DNA from: Ostrea edulis
Lineage: Eukaryota
Assembly (NCBI RefSeq): GCF_947568905.1
Contig: NC_079172.1
Coordinates: 29,388,001 to 29,452,000 of the forward strand
Length of the DNA: 64,000 nucleotides
Direction: 5' to 3'
Under the pieces are notes generated by a model, which was given only the letters and a program-made list of their open reading frames with translations, ran no database searches and was not told the DNA's origin. Of the stretch, positions 1 to 12,789 are shown one piece after another (position 1 is the first letter of the stretch; every line of letters begins with the position of its first letter). The position numbers and the translations under genes are program-made.

Positions 1-439
1 CATCAGGTATAATGAATGGTGTGGCTAGGCAATCTATTCTAGCGCATTCGGCCACATCACCTTCCATACCGGTATTTTTAAAAAATATATTTCAAGCAAC
101 TGAAATATTTAGCATCTCAATTCAATTATGTTTTCTGTCTAATCATTAATGTGTATTTCCTACTCAATGTCAGTTTACTAATATACTTCCTTTATTTGAA
201 GAAAGGGATCAATGATTATTGTCAAATTATAAGCTAGATGGTAAAATTTATCTTCGCTAGCCAAGGGTTTACGATCCGATCCGCTTCTCTGAGAAGCGGA
301 GCGGATCGTAAACCCTTTACTTGGCTAACGAAGATGGGTAAAAATTATGGAACGTGTTATTTTGAAATATGTTTACAAAATATTTTCATTCAAATCATCA
401 AAAGTACCAATTTGGCATTTGAGCGGCCCGTTAATGGTA

Positions 440-700
440 CATCAGGCGTATTGATAACACTTGATTCCATAGCGAAAACCAAAGATAAAAGGAAACATTG
501 CTACATGGTTTATGATGATTTGTCAAAGGCATTAAATCATGTATGGCATAAAGGACTTCTTATGAGCTTCAAATTTAGAGTTAGTGATAACTTGTTAAAC
601 TGTTCCAAAGTTATCTAAACAGAAATGAAGTGGTATATTGCAGAGAAACACATGTTCAATTCAAACTTATGTTAGAGTCCCTCAAAAGATCGTGTCAAAG
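440..700 (+). mobile_element. Degenerate non-LTR (CR1/L2-like) reverse transcriptase remnant
   Basis: ORF 238..618 ends in ...KRKHCYMVYDDLSKALNHVWHKGLL..., a decayed form of the RT motif (F-x-D-x-SKAFD-x-V-x-H-x-G-LL). Decayed GVPQGS-like coding sequence follows. Confidence 0.6.
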
Positions 701-1378
701 TTACATGTATGTATAATGTTATTTGAAGTCCCCTTTCTAAGACAACATTTGTTGGAATTGGGCATTGGTGTTTGGATCCACTTTCATTTGCGAAATTTTG
801 TGTGTGTGTGTTTTTAAAAAAAATGTTTTTCTCTTTGCCTACATTCTTCATTATTTTGTTTGTTGCTCATCCCCCCTTTAAAAAAAATCTTTACACATTC
901 GTATTCAATCAGTAGCTGTCAATGTGCATATGATTGTGCCTCATGTAATATGGAGATATAACATTTCATGACATATAAATGTACTTGTATACATAACCAA
1001 TTCATTATAAAACTTTCCGAGTTTATCTAAATACGAATATATTTTTAAATTCAATTTTAAATATCATCATGCTGTATAATTGTATTAATTGTATGCTGAG
1101 TTGTTTAGTAATAAAACCGCTGTTTCTATAGATATATACGCGTATCTAGATGTAATTACCAGCATATGTTCATCGTAACGTCAAAACAATCTCGTTTTTA
1201 CGTCTGTAACAAAACGTGCATGTTGACATTTATTTTTTGTTGGAATTTTGTAATAATTAGATTACATATAGTTTGAATTAAAGAAAAACTTTTTCAAGAG
1301 ATGCACATTCAATAAAAATCATAAAATTTCTTAATTTTTGTTAATTGAATAGCTATACGGATGATTGATTTTGAAATA

Positions 1379-2945
1379 TACTACTCAAAATTTGATAAGG
1401 ATCACTAGGTTATATGTATGTAATTTACCACTAACATAACAAGACATAAATTTGACTCAGAAACGTGTTTACTCATGTTATGAATGAAAATTCATGAACG
1501 GCATGAACTTTTATCAATACGGAATGCTTGAAATCTGATAACAACACCAAAAGGCATTTCATTACAAAAAGTTTACAGCAAACCAGAGAAAGAATTACAC
1601 AGTTTTTGGGGATAGTCCATCATTACACTTAGTCGATGAAGTGTCAATACCGGGTATGGCCTTCCCTTGCGTCAATGACGGCTTGACAACGTCGAGCCAT
1701 GCTGTCAATAAGCACCCGGATGTTTCCAATGGGAAGGTTGTTCCACTCTTCCACGAGGGCGTTTCCGAGCTCTGCCAAAGTCGTGGGTTGTGTTCTACGG
1801 CGTGAAAGGGCAACCTGCAGCATGTTCCATACATGCTCCATCGGGTTCAAGTCCGGCGAGCGCGCTGGCCAGTCCATACGGACAATTGTCTCCTGCTGAA
1901 GGTACTGCTCCACCACCATGGCACGATGAGGACGGGCGTTATCATCCATCAGGATGAACTCCGGGCCAACAGCACCAGCGTAGGGTCTGACGTAAACATC
2001 GAGGATCTCATCCCGGTACCGCACCCCCGTCATTTGTTCCTCTCTCCAGGACATGAAGATCTGTTCTTCCATCCCTGCTGATTCCACCCCAGACCATGAT
2101 GCAACCACCACCATAACCGTCATGTTCACTGATGTTGGCATCATGGAAACGTTCACGTTGTCGTCCCCACACTCGGTGCCTCCAGTCTGTAAAGTCCAAA
2201 CAATACCTGGACTCATCGGTGAACAGAACTTGAACCCAATCGTTCTGTGTCCAAGTGACATGATCTTCAGCCCAGTTCAATCGCTCCCGCCGGTGTCGAA
2301 CAGTCAGAGGGACTCGAAGCACATGCCCTTCTCGAGTTGAGACCTGCATTGTGAAGCCGATTCCGTATCGTCTGAGTGGACACATTCACCCCCGAGGCGT
2401 TCAGGAGGTCGTTACGTAGGCTGGTTGCTGTCCAGAAGGGATGGCGTCGTGCCCGAAGAGCCACAAAATGGTCTTGGCGTTGGGTTGTCGACCTCTGACG
2501 ACCACCCCCATGTCGGTGTGCTGCTGTACCAAAAGTTTGCTGTCGGTTCCAGGCCCTGTTTACAACGTTCTGGCTGACGTTTAGTGCATTTGCAACGTCA
2601 CGTTGTGAATAGCCAGCGTCAAGCATTCCAATACATCTGCCCAGTTGTTCTGTCGTCAGGCGACGCCTTACACGTTGAGGGGGCATTGTGTTGATAAACG
2701 TAGTGTAAACACTCAAGTGAGTTTGAAATTTTAGAAAGAATCAGACACCGATGCCTGAGTGAAATCGTGCAATGGTAGCAAAAGCATAAACTGTGATGAG
2801 AAACGCATTTCCCATGGCATGAAATGCACGTGCAAGTTTGTTGAAGACGTTTTTGATTTCACTTGGACACAATATTGCCAGTTATGCAGTTATTAATTTT
2901 TTAAACAGAAAAATATCTATGATCCTTATCAAATTTTGAGTAGTA
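1379..2945 (-). mobile_element. Full-length Tc1/mariner DNA transposon (DD34E), 1567 bp
   Basis: Perfect 26-bp TIRs TACTACTCAAAATTTGATAAGGATCA (1379-1404 and its reverse complement at 2920-2945), flanked by TA at 1377-78 and 2946-47. An internal transposase lies between them. Confidence 0.95.
1644..2686 (-). pseudogene. Tc1 transposase with two frameshifts (~2340, ~2033)
   Basis: Three overlapping ORFs join into one protein: HTH region (MPPQRVRRRLT...), VLFTDESR...IMVWGGIS, then MDDNARPH...WPARSPDLNPME. There are 34 residues between the second catalytic D and E. Confidence 0.92.
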
Positions 2946-3291
2946 TAGTTACTAAATTTCGATTAACATCATACGATTACGGCAAGGTGTAACATTCAGT
3001 GTTGACTCCGAAGATTGTCTCAAAAACAAACAAATTTTAACAGAATCAACTCAAATTTTTTTATTTCCACATTCCGTAAATGATATGTGCACATTACTAA
3101 AAATGCTTAATTCAATAAATATCTTAATCATCTGTGACGTTTTGAACGTCAAATTATCATTGTGACACATATAGCTATACATGAAAATGCTTTTAATTTT
3201 TTTTCTTTGAATGTGTTCAGTAGTCAGTACAAAGAATTGCTCTTTTAGATTCAATAAATGCAATGCAACTACAAGTTCCCATATCATTAAA

Positions 3292-3785
3292 GTTATTGTT
3301 GAGTGGTGATGAGATTCTTGGGTTCAAAGATAACATAAAAGATTTTTGAATATGTTCAGAAATATATTATTGAAAGCAAAAGATTTTAAAATGCATTTAA
3401 TACATGAGTGTTTGTTATGTATGTCTATTCTTATCCTGTTGAGTCGGTACTCTCATTTTGTTTTCCTCTCCTGTTGTACTTCTTCGTTTTTCTTTCACTA
3501 TTTTTATTTGATTTCATTTTTTCTCTTTTGTATGTCATTTAGATCCCATTAACCACCCCCACATTTCTATTTCGTTAGCATATTATTCATATCAAGAAAT
3601 CATAATACTTATATAATCATTATATTTGGAATGACTTAATATCCTTTTACTTCATATCTATATTGTAATTTCTTGTGTGTATAATTATCTTGTACCTTAA
3701 AGGAGAAGGCTTATATTGGCATTGCCTGCTGCCTAATCCTTATTATGTTATTCATAATAAAATACTGTTTAAATTGAAATATAGT
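3292..3785 (+). mobile_element. 3' end of a CR1-like LINE (ORF2 C-terminus plus 3' UTR)
   Basis: Reads LLLSGDEILGFKDNI-IFEYVQKYIIESKRF* (stop ~3390), typical of the C-terminus of these ORF2 proteins. An AT-rich UTR ending in AATAAA follows. Confidence 0.55.
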
Positions 3786-5369
3786 TCTACATTCGACACC
3801 ATTCTAACTTTGACAATAAACTACATGTCATGTTAAAATTTTGTTCAAAAATATATTTAAAATGATAAAAAAAAACCTTTTTCTAAAATCGTTTTAATTT
3901 AATTTAAGACAGACCGTTAACTCAATCCATAATCTAATTGGCATAACCGCAGTGAATAATCTACATATCAAACATCTATAATACAATATTCGTCGTTTCT
4001 CAAGTATAGTTATTTCATAATAAAATCACTTATCCAAATATTAATTCAAATTTTGAATAAATAATTCAGAATTCTCTCAAATATCCAAATGTACCTACAA
4101 AATGCATCATGGATATGGTCTATTTTCCTAATGTTAAGGCTTATCTACACCCCCCCCCCCCACACACACACACACACACACTTCTTGCATTGTGAATCAG
4201 CGTCTACAGCGAATGGATTAGATGACATCACAATTTTAATAACTTATATTATCAACATCACAATCTTAATTATTATGCAAAATTTTATGTTTGTATCATT
4301 AGTTTTGATTAAGAAAGCTATTAACATTTCATATTATAAAGTGTGTGCGACACCGTCGTTACCTGTTTACATGCAATATTTACGTAAATATTAGAGTATC
4401 CAAGCTAATAGATTCAATAATTCGTATTTTCATAAGATGAATTGATATCGAATGGATAGAATGTAAATTTGTCGTCAAATTGATATGCAACTTTCATATA
4501 GTAAATTGTTTTTATTCATATAAAACAGCGTAAATGCTACCATAAAGCTATATAATACATTTTGACACCAACAGCGTGCGCGGCGTCCATATATTTTTAA
4601 AACTAACTTACAACGATATGTATGGCGAGTACTGATATTGGGTATCTTGAAATGTCATAAATATTCAAATATCACCCTTAAGGGAGTCAGCTACTTATAC
4701 CTTTTGATTGCAGGTAACCTCAAATTTCAAGGTTTTCGTGAATATCTGTGTTTGTATTAGATATCTGACATCAGCATGTAAATTAAAATGAATAGGTTTA
4801 CCATGCAACATCCCTAGAAAGGACCGATTATAAATGCAAATCAGTCTAACACCATTGAAAATGAAATACATTTTTCGATAATAAGTGAAAAATATTATAA
4901 CAAAAGAAGAGAAATCTTTAAATCTATTGAAAAAAATGTATGGTCGAAATTTTTCTGCTTGAAGAAAAACCATGTTGGCTACTCAACTCAGAAGACAAAG
5001 AAATTCTTGTGGGCAGATTTATTATGATAACGTGATATGGGAATACATATGTAAGTATGACATATTGTAAGTTAGATTTACATATATGTATAGGCCTACA
5101 GTTGTATATGCTTGAGTTATTAGTAAAGACTTTTAAATGATGCATATCGTGAATCTAAGTCACTGTTTGAGCAGAATGTCCCGTCATGGTACAGTACCAC
5201 CAATTTTCTTATCAATAAGCTAAATGGTGTTCGGAAACTGACTTGTGCCAAAGTACATAAATTCAAAAGTGCACTGAAAGATCGTTTATTAAAAAATTAT
5301 ATCAAGGAATGGAAATCACCAGCTACTTCACAATACGACAAAAAATTAAATTGCTACATATCTTTTAAA

Positions 5370-5542
5370 TACGAAAGCCGGATAGGCTCATTTTTGAAAA
5401 GTGAAAAAAAAATTAACTCGTTATAACGAGAGACTAACTCGTTATAACGAGATAATTATCTCGTTTTAACAAGATAATTAACTCGTTATAACGAGTTAAA
5501 ATATTTTTTTACTCTTTCAAATGAGCCTAGCCGGCTTTCGTA
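5370..5542. mobile_element. 173-bp MITE inserted in the LINE remnant
   Basis: TIRs TACGAAAGCCGG(A/C)TAGGCTCATTT, with TTTAAA on both flanks (5364-69, 5543-48). The interior is built from CTCGTTATAACGAG palindromes. Confidence 0.85.
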
Positions 5543-6114
5543 TTTAAACAAAATTTCGTTCAGGAGAAATATTTGGAATTACTCAAAATCCTTGAGCAGA
5601 GAAGTTTTACACGCTTTCGCATATCGGCTCACAGATTAGATATTGAAAGAGGCCGATACCAAGGCATTCCTAGACAAGATAGACACTGTATTAGATATAA
5701 TACCAATACACTTGATGATGAAAAACATCTTTTACTGTTATGTTCTCATAATGAGGAGGAAAGAATTAAGTGTTTTATATTGAATTGGTGAATAACTGCT
5801 GTAAGAACTTTTGTAACATGAATAATGATCAAAAGTTGATCTGGCTCATGACAAATGAAAATGCACAAATACTCAAACAAACCAGTAAAATTATTTTAAA
5901 AACAGGAATATAGAATACTAAAGGTTGTATAACTGATCGACTTGGCTCAGGCACCGTCCTTTGGTACCCTCTGTGTTTGTGACAACATTTTATAATATTG
6001 TTTTACTTTACTTCCCGTATAGCACACTTGTTGTACAGCACATTTTCAATCAGTATTGTGATGAGAATTCAATACCTATGTCAATGTAGAAACCCTTAAC
6101 ATGTGTATGTAGTA

Positions 6115-6198
6115 GGGTCCGTGTTTGCCCAACTATCTATTTTGTATTGCTTGTAGGAGTTATGAGATTGATCACTGTTCGTTATCTTCACCTTGCAT
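6115..6198 (+). mobile_element. 84-bp 3'-terminal fragment of the Penelope-like element also seen at 47426-48054
   Basis: Near-identical to 47971-48054 (GGGTCCGTGTTTGCCC...TTCACCTTGCAT). Confidence 0.8.
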
Positions 6199-6334
6199 AT
6201 AGTACACAACACATATATGTGTACACATATTGTATCATGTAGTATATAATATTGTAGGCCTATATATACCCACTGAGGGCACTTGATTGATGAATAAATA
6301 AATAATGAAAATATAATTATGCCTTGTCATCTAA

Positions 6335-9300
6335 ATTGTTATGTACAGCTATAGGCCTATGCCTCCGATTGTTAATGAGATTTCTGTTTATTGTTCTGTA
6401 CAGATATAGCTATAGGCCTATGCCTCCGATTGTTAATGAGATTTCTGTTTATTGTTATGTACAGCTATAGGCCTATGCCTCCGATTGTTAATGAGATTTC
6501 TGTTTATTGTTCTGTACAGATATAGCTATAGGCCTATTCCTCCGATTGTTAATGAGATTTCTGTTTATTGTTATGTACAGCTATAGGCCTATGCCTTCGA
6601 TTGTTAATGAGATTTCTGTTTATTGTTATGTACAGCTAGTATAGGCCTATGCCTTCGATTGTTAATGAGATTTCTGTTTATTGTTATGTACAGCTAGTAT
6701 AGGCCTATGCCTCCGATTGTTAATGAGATTTCTGTTTATTGTTATGTACAGCTAGTATAGGCCTATGCCTCCGATTGTTAATGAGATTTCTGTTTATTGT
6801 TATGTACAGCTAGTATAGGCCTATGCCTTCGATTGTTAATGAGATTTCTGTTTATTGTTATGTACAGCTAGTATAGGCCTATGCCTCCGATTGTTAATGA
6901 GATTTCTGTTTATTGTTATGTACAGCTAGTATAGGCCTATGCCTCCGATTGTTAATGAGATTTCTGTTTATTGTTATGTACAGCTAGTATAGGCCTATGC
7001 CTTCGATTGTTAATGAGATTTCTGTTTATTGTTATGTACAGCTAGTATAGGCCTATGCCTCCGATTGTTAATGAGATTTCTGTTTATTGTTATGTACAGC
7101 TAGTATAGGCCTATGCCTTCGATTGTTAATGAGATTTCTGTTTATTGTTATGTACAGCTAGTATAGGCCTATGCCTCCGATTGTTAATGAGATTTCTGTT
7201 TATTGTTATGTACAGCTAGTATAGGCCTATGCCTCCGATTGTTAATGAGATTTCTGTTTATTGTTATGTACAGCTAGTATAGGCCTATGCCTCCGATTGT
7301 TAATGAGATTTCTGTTTATTGTTATGTACAGCTAGTATAGGCCTATGCCTTCGATTGTTAATGAGATTTCTGTTTATTGTTATGTACAGCTAGTATAGGC
7401 CTATGCCTCCGATTGTTAATGAGATTTCTGTTTATTGTTATGTACAGCTATAGGCCTATGCCTCCGATTGTTAATGAGATTTCTGTTTATTGTTATGTAC
7501 AGCTAGTATAGGCCTATGCCTTCGATTGTTAATGAGATTTCTGTTTATTGTTATGTACAGCTAGTATAGGCCTATGCCTCCGATTGTTAATGAGATTTCT
7601 GTTTATTGTTATGTACAGATATAACTACAGTGGAGCCTCGGTAATCCGGACGCCATTAATCCGGACGCTTCACCTTCCGGACGATTTTTCTAGGAAACAG
7701 AATTTTTATACATTATTTTGCATCATTAATCCGGAAATTCGCGTTCCGGATCCGGACGGTCACTTTTTACTACAAAACGTTATAATGCATTGAAAATTGT
7801 ACCGTTAATCCGGACGGTAATTTTGTTTAGGGAAGGTCTGTGTCGGACAATTTTAGCAAGGCGTAAATTATAAAGAAAACAAGCCAAACTGTCTAATTGA
7901 AGCGATTACCTGTACCCTGGCAACACCTCCCTCCAATTAGGTGGTGTGTGATGATAAGTCCGTTAGATAGCACGTGCCGATCGAGACATTGTATTGCCAA
8001 TTTTCGCACATAAGATCTGTATTGCGTGTAGTGTTGAATTTTGTAAATAAATCTGTAGCATATTATTTTATTGTCTTGATCAATACGCTAATAGTATTAA
8101 TAAATTAAACATCATGCCGTAATGATAATTTTTTCACTGCTACACATATCAGTTGTACTGATTCGTAAATTGATATCGGCTTATTCAAATCTAAAGAGTG
8201 TAGATTATACTTCTAGATTCTGGATTTTATACTGTTGATTGGCGTGAAATATACATGTATGTTCATGCACATGTATATGTAGTAAGTTTTTAATGTTTAG
8301 AATGCCACGCATGTAGAATGTACCTGTGTACGATTGATTCTTGTTACGATGTTGTAGAGCTTTATTGCTTTCGAATTTTTAAACTCTGGGTAGAAGTGAG
8401 AAAATTACCATTTTAAGGAAAATGACAATTAAATTCTGTATGTACCTGTAATGTTACTTTCACCCGAGTTTTGTTACGTTATTATCGCACCATGAAAATA
8501 ATAGGTGCAAGTGACTAGATCAAAGCAGTAGTAGGTCTTAATATTACGAGCTTAAATGATTTTGTTCTCCCGATATTGTCTTGGATAATTATAGAATAAG
8601 AAATATAAACTCTGGCAGATTGAATTTTGGTTAAAGAATGTTGTCAACTGACATGATAATCACGAAATTCTTATATCAACTTTGGACGATGAAGATTGTT
8701 TTAACAGACCGCCGAACCCGTGAATCGTGACAGGTGGAAATTACCGGCCTCTTTAAGAAGTAAAAGTGTGATGAAATGTTTGAAGTGTAAATGATTATGT
8801 TAGTTACTAATGATTTATTTACTTATAGTTACATAAAGTGCTTCATTATTTGTTTTAGTGCATACGGTACACAGTTTTGTATATTTATTTGTAGGGCTCA
8901 TATGTATGTACAATGTAAGCACAGGCAAATACACTGAACACTTACAATTTTAGTGCTTTGAAATACATGTAAATGTTAACATTATCATAATTTATTTACT
9001 AATGCAAATGGTTAAATCCAATGATAGAATGTATTTAATTCACTATGCATCAATAAAGTAGGCACATATTGGTTACTTATGCAAAGCTAGAAAATATGCG
9101 ATTCAATTATCCGGACGCTTCATTTATCCGGACGATTTTGCTGGGAACCAAAGTGTCCGGATTAACGAGGCTCCACTGTATAGGCCTATGCCTCCGATTG
9201 TTAATGAGATTTCTGTTTATTGTTATGTACAGATATAGCTATAGGCCTATGCCTCCGATTGTTAATGAGATTTCTGTTTATTGTTATGTACAGATATAGC

Positions 9301-9463
9301 TATTGGCCTATGCCTCCGATTGTTAATGAGATTTCTGTTTATTGTTCTGTACAGATATAGCTATAGGCCTATGCCTCCGATTGTTAATGAGATTTCTGTT
9401 TATTGTTATGTACAGCTATAGGCCTATGCCTCCGATTGTTAATGAGATTTCTGTTTATTGTTA
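6335..9463. repeat. 54-60 bp minisatellite (core TAGGCCTATGCCTCCGATTGTTAATGAGATTTCTGTTTATTGTTATGTACAGC), split by a MITE
   Basis: About 22 copies at 6335-7625 and about 5 more at 9181-9463. Confidence 0.97.
7628..9178. mobile_element. Non-autonomous pogo/Tigger-like (Tc1-mariner superfamily) element, 1551 bp
   Basis: TIR CAGTGGAGCCTCG(G/T)TAATCCGGAC at both ends, TA at 7626-27 and 9179-80, subterminal ATCCGGAC repeats, no long ORF. Confidence 0.9.
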
Positions 9464-9674
9464 TAATATTAGGTCTATCTCACGTTTGTCTTTATCGGAC
9501 TCTGAAATAAAGTATTCTGTAGATCTATTTCCTACATTGGCAGAAACTCGAGTCATCTCATCGTCGCAAACTACGGTTTTGAGTCCACTCACGCTCCCTC
9601 ATGGAGAGAATCGATTAGAAGAACCCGTGGGTAACCGACGATGGAGTCATCTAGGTCTTTAATATCATAACGGC

Positions 9675-10109
9675 TATATACTGTTATCTGCAACGCGTTG
9701 CGTATACGTTTTAGGGTAATAAAATCCCGAGTATATATTACGATACCAAAATATACATCGGGTCCGTATTCTCTATAAGAGATTAAACTGACAAGAAAAA
9801 TAGCATATCAAAGAAATTGCATAGAATATAGAGAGATTTATGAACAATATCGTATGCTTCGTGCGGCTTATTCCGTTATACCATTTCTCTTTGAATTCAT
9901 TTGTTTCTCTTTCATATATGTATACATGTCTACATGTATATCAACATTTTAACAAAACATGTGCCCTAATTATTATCAATATTATTTACGAAATTAAAAT
10001 ATCACCATCATGCTATTATAACATCTAACATCAAGACGTTGCAGGCAACGCTCCACAATAAAATGACCAATTTTCTCGTAGAGCGTTGCAAATAACAGGA
10101 GTATATATA
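9675..10109. mobile_element. ~435-bp MITE (TIR TATATACT(CC)TGTTAT(C/T)TGCAACGC); second copy at 23355-23815
   Basis: Imperfect TIRs at 9675-9696 and 10083-10109. The body matches the reverse complement of 23355-23815. Confidence 0.75.
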
Positions 10110-10110
10110 G

Positions 10111-10772
10111 GTTGACGATTCTTATTTCCTCTGTTAGGAATCAATATAAAATGTACATAAAGGGGAAGTTTCCTTGGGAAGAGGGTTTTCTTGTGGGTAC
10201 CATATCAGAGAAAACGGGGCTTGGTTTCTTTTTTTGGGGGGGGGGGGTCAATCCCTTCTCTATATCTCACGCGTTGCATGCAACGCTCCACAGTAAAACC
10301 ACAGATTTATGAAAATCTACGCGTGGGTTATAGAGAAGGGCTTTATTCCGTGTAATAAACTTATTTAGCTTGATACCCCCAAAAGAAACCAAGTCCCGTT
10401 TTCTCTGATATAGTACCCCCACCCCCCACCCCCACCCAAGAAAACCCTCTTCCCGGGGAAACTTCCCCTTTATGTATATTTTATTAACCGAGAAAATAAG
10501 ATAAGAATAGTCGCCTTGTATATTCTCCAAGTATTTGCAACGCCTTACGAGAAAATAGGGGATTTTACTGTGGCGCGTTGCATACAACGCGTGAGTTATA
10601 GTGAAGGGCTTTATTCCGTCTAATAAACGTATTTAGCTTGATTCCCCCCAAAAGAAACCAAGCCCCGTTTTCTCTGATATGGTACCCCCCAAGAAAACCC
10701 TCTTCCCGGGGAAACTTCCCCTTTATGTACATTTTAGATTGATTCCTAACCGAGAAAATAAGTATCGTCAAC
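10111..10772. repeat. Foldback structure with ~200-bp inverted arms and an internal direct duplication
   Basis: 10111-10310 is the reverse complement of ~10565-10772, and 10320-10500 directly repeats 10590-10765. It shares the GCAACGCTC...GAGCGTTGC motif with the adjacent MITE. Confidence 0.8.
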
Positions 10773-10951
10773 AATAAGATATATTTACATTTGCCAATGC
10801 ACTTTCTTATATGACAGTACTAATGAAATTGATGTTCAATTTCGTGTGACATGAAATTGGTCATGTAATCAGTTTGTTCTTGCGTATGAATACAATCACC
10901 GCTTCAAAAGTCAGTTCCTGTATTTTTACCTGGCTTCTTGCTTATGCAATG

Positions 10952-11134
10952 CAGTGGGGATTTAGAGCCCCCCCCCCCCCCCCCCCCCCCCCTCGCCACA
11001 AATTAAAATAATAGAAATAGCATGAGTAAAATTCCAGATTAGTAAAATTCCAGATTGGCACCCAAAATGGCTAAGCATTTTGGCTAATACTTGACTTTCA
11101 CACACACCCTTTCGTAAACTCTGGATCCGCCCTG
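10952..11134. mobile_element. Small MITE-like insertion with decayed CAGGGGCGGATCCAG-type ends
   Basis: Right end CTGGATCCGCCCTG, decayed left end CAGTGGGGATTTAG, CAATG on both flanks, internal poly-C. Confidence 0.5.
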
Positions 11135-11684
11135 CAATGACAACATAACAGAAATAAACGCAGCAGGATATTTATACAGTTTATTTTGTAAAAAACAAGA
11201 ATTTCATTATAAAAGAGAAACATTAAACATATATCGTTCTGTTGTTTCCTTTTAATTATACAGTTTTAAATACCGTCTGCAACTTCTGCATGGCGAATTT
11301 ATAAAATAAAGTTCTATGATATTGGAAGCGAAAACATGTAGGCAGAGTTATAAGTCTACATTTATTTACTTCATGAAGATAAGTTAACCTGTTGTTTCCT
11401 GGCAACTTCCATCACGGCTATGACTCGGCATGATTATAAGCGAGGCTGGTTTCGAGGCTCGAAAAATTTACATGTTCATATCAGGGTACTGGTGCGAGTC
11501 TTCTGACATTAAAATCCTACAACAGAAATCTCTCAAGTGAACAAAAACTCCGTCAGTTCATTTTTTTTTTTTTATTTTACACACACTTAAGGTAAATAAA
11601 AGACGCAACCTACCTGCACTTGGTCTAAATCTGTGCTACTGTCTTGAATCGTCTCCTGCATGGCTACAACCGCGAGTCCTAACG

Positions 11685-12780
11685 ATGAACATACCGTTGT
11701 TTCTTTCCAAAAACCTGACTAAGAGCTGTTTAGCACCAGGAATTAAAACAAGTACTCATCTCTTTGACCACACAATAAAACCAATTTTATTATATAATTC
11801 TGAAATATGGGGTGGATACATAGGTTCATGGAATAAATTAAAATCATCACCATTTGATCCAGACAAACTTTTTAAATCACTTCACTATGAGAAGCTTCAT
11901 CATAGATATTCTAAATGTATTCTGGGTGTACATAAGAAAAGTACAAATTTTGCTGTACTATCAGAATTGGGGAGATTTCCTCTACATCATGATATTTTGA
12001 AATCAATCATTTGTTATTGGTACAGGCTTGAAAACCAAAATGAATTTAAACTACTTAAGGATGCTTATCTATGTAGTAAATCTTTACATTTAAACAGCAA
12101 ACTGTCATGGTACTCACTAGTAGAAAAAGCTTTAGAATATATTAAAATTGGATATCCGTTAAGAGATTTTAGTCAGTATAGATTTAAGAAAATTGTAAAG
12201 AAATTACTCTGTGATAAATATACTGAAACCTGGTACAATAATCGAAATAAATTAATTGATGGGAAACTGTGCACTTATTTTAAGCTTAAGGAGCACTTTG
12301 GTTTTGAGAACTATCTTAATAAAATTAAAAATTTTGATATTAGGCGATTTATTTGTAAGTTACGGATATCAGCTCATAAATTAATGATTGAAGTTGGTAG
12401 ATATTCTGGTATTAATAGGAATGAACGAATATGTAACAAATGCAACTCCGGTTTATTAGGTGATGAGATCCATTTTTTGATTAAATGTGAAAAGTTTGCT
12501 GATGAAAGAAAATCTTTTTGTGGTGCTATAGAAAAAACAGTTAAAAATTTTACCAAACTCAATGATGAACAAAAATTCATTTACATACTATGTTCTGAAG
12601 AGCCATCCATTCTAAATATAACTGGAAAATTTATTTTGAACAATATATGACACTGTATTTGTATATAACTATGTGTTATGTAATCACTTCTTTCTTTACT
12701 TGTATATGTATATATACATTATTTGTATGTATTTTCATGCTGCCCCTTGAGGGCCCTTGATTGGAAATAAATATAGTTAA
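11685..12780 (+). mobile_element. 5'-truncated non-LTR retrotransposon 3' end (RTE-X/L2-like), copy 2
   Basis: Open 321-aa frame with IKPILLYNSEIWG, CILGVHKKSTNFAVLSELGRFPL, KLRISAHKLMIEVGRY and CNKC...DEIHFLIKC. The 3' end is GCCCCTTGAGGGC stem-loop + TTGGAAATAAA. Confidence 0.85.
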
Positions 12781-12789
12781 CTTGACCCA

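Larger units (their letters stand above)
5180..6310 (+). mobile_element. 5'-truncated non-LTR retrotransposon 3' end (RTE-X/L2-like C-terminal domain), copy 1
   Basis: FTRFRISAHRLDIERGRY...RHC...DDEKHLLLLC motif. It is homologous to ORFs 11685..12650 and 21978..22610 and ends in a GCCC/GGGC-type stem plus AATAAA tail near 6270-6305. Confidence 0.7.

Noticed and set aside
1595-2340. Short ORFs overlapping the Tc1 transposase on other frames or the opposite strand
   Set aside because: They are shadow frames of a GC-richer coding region.
6335-9463. CRISPR-like appearance of regular repeats
   Set aside because: The units are head-to-tail with no unique spacers, there are no cas genes, and the context is eukaryotic.
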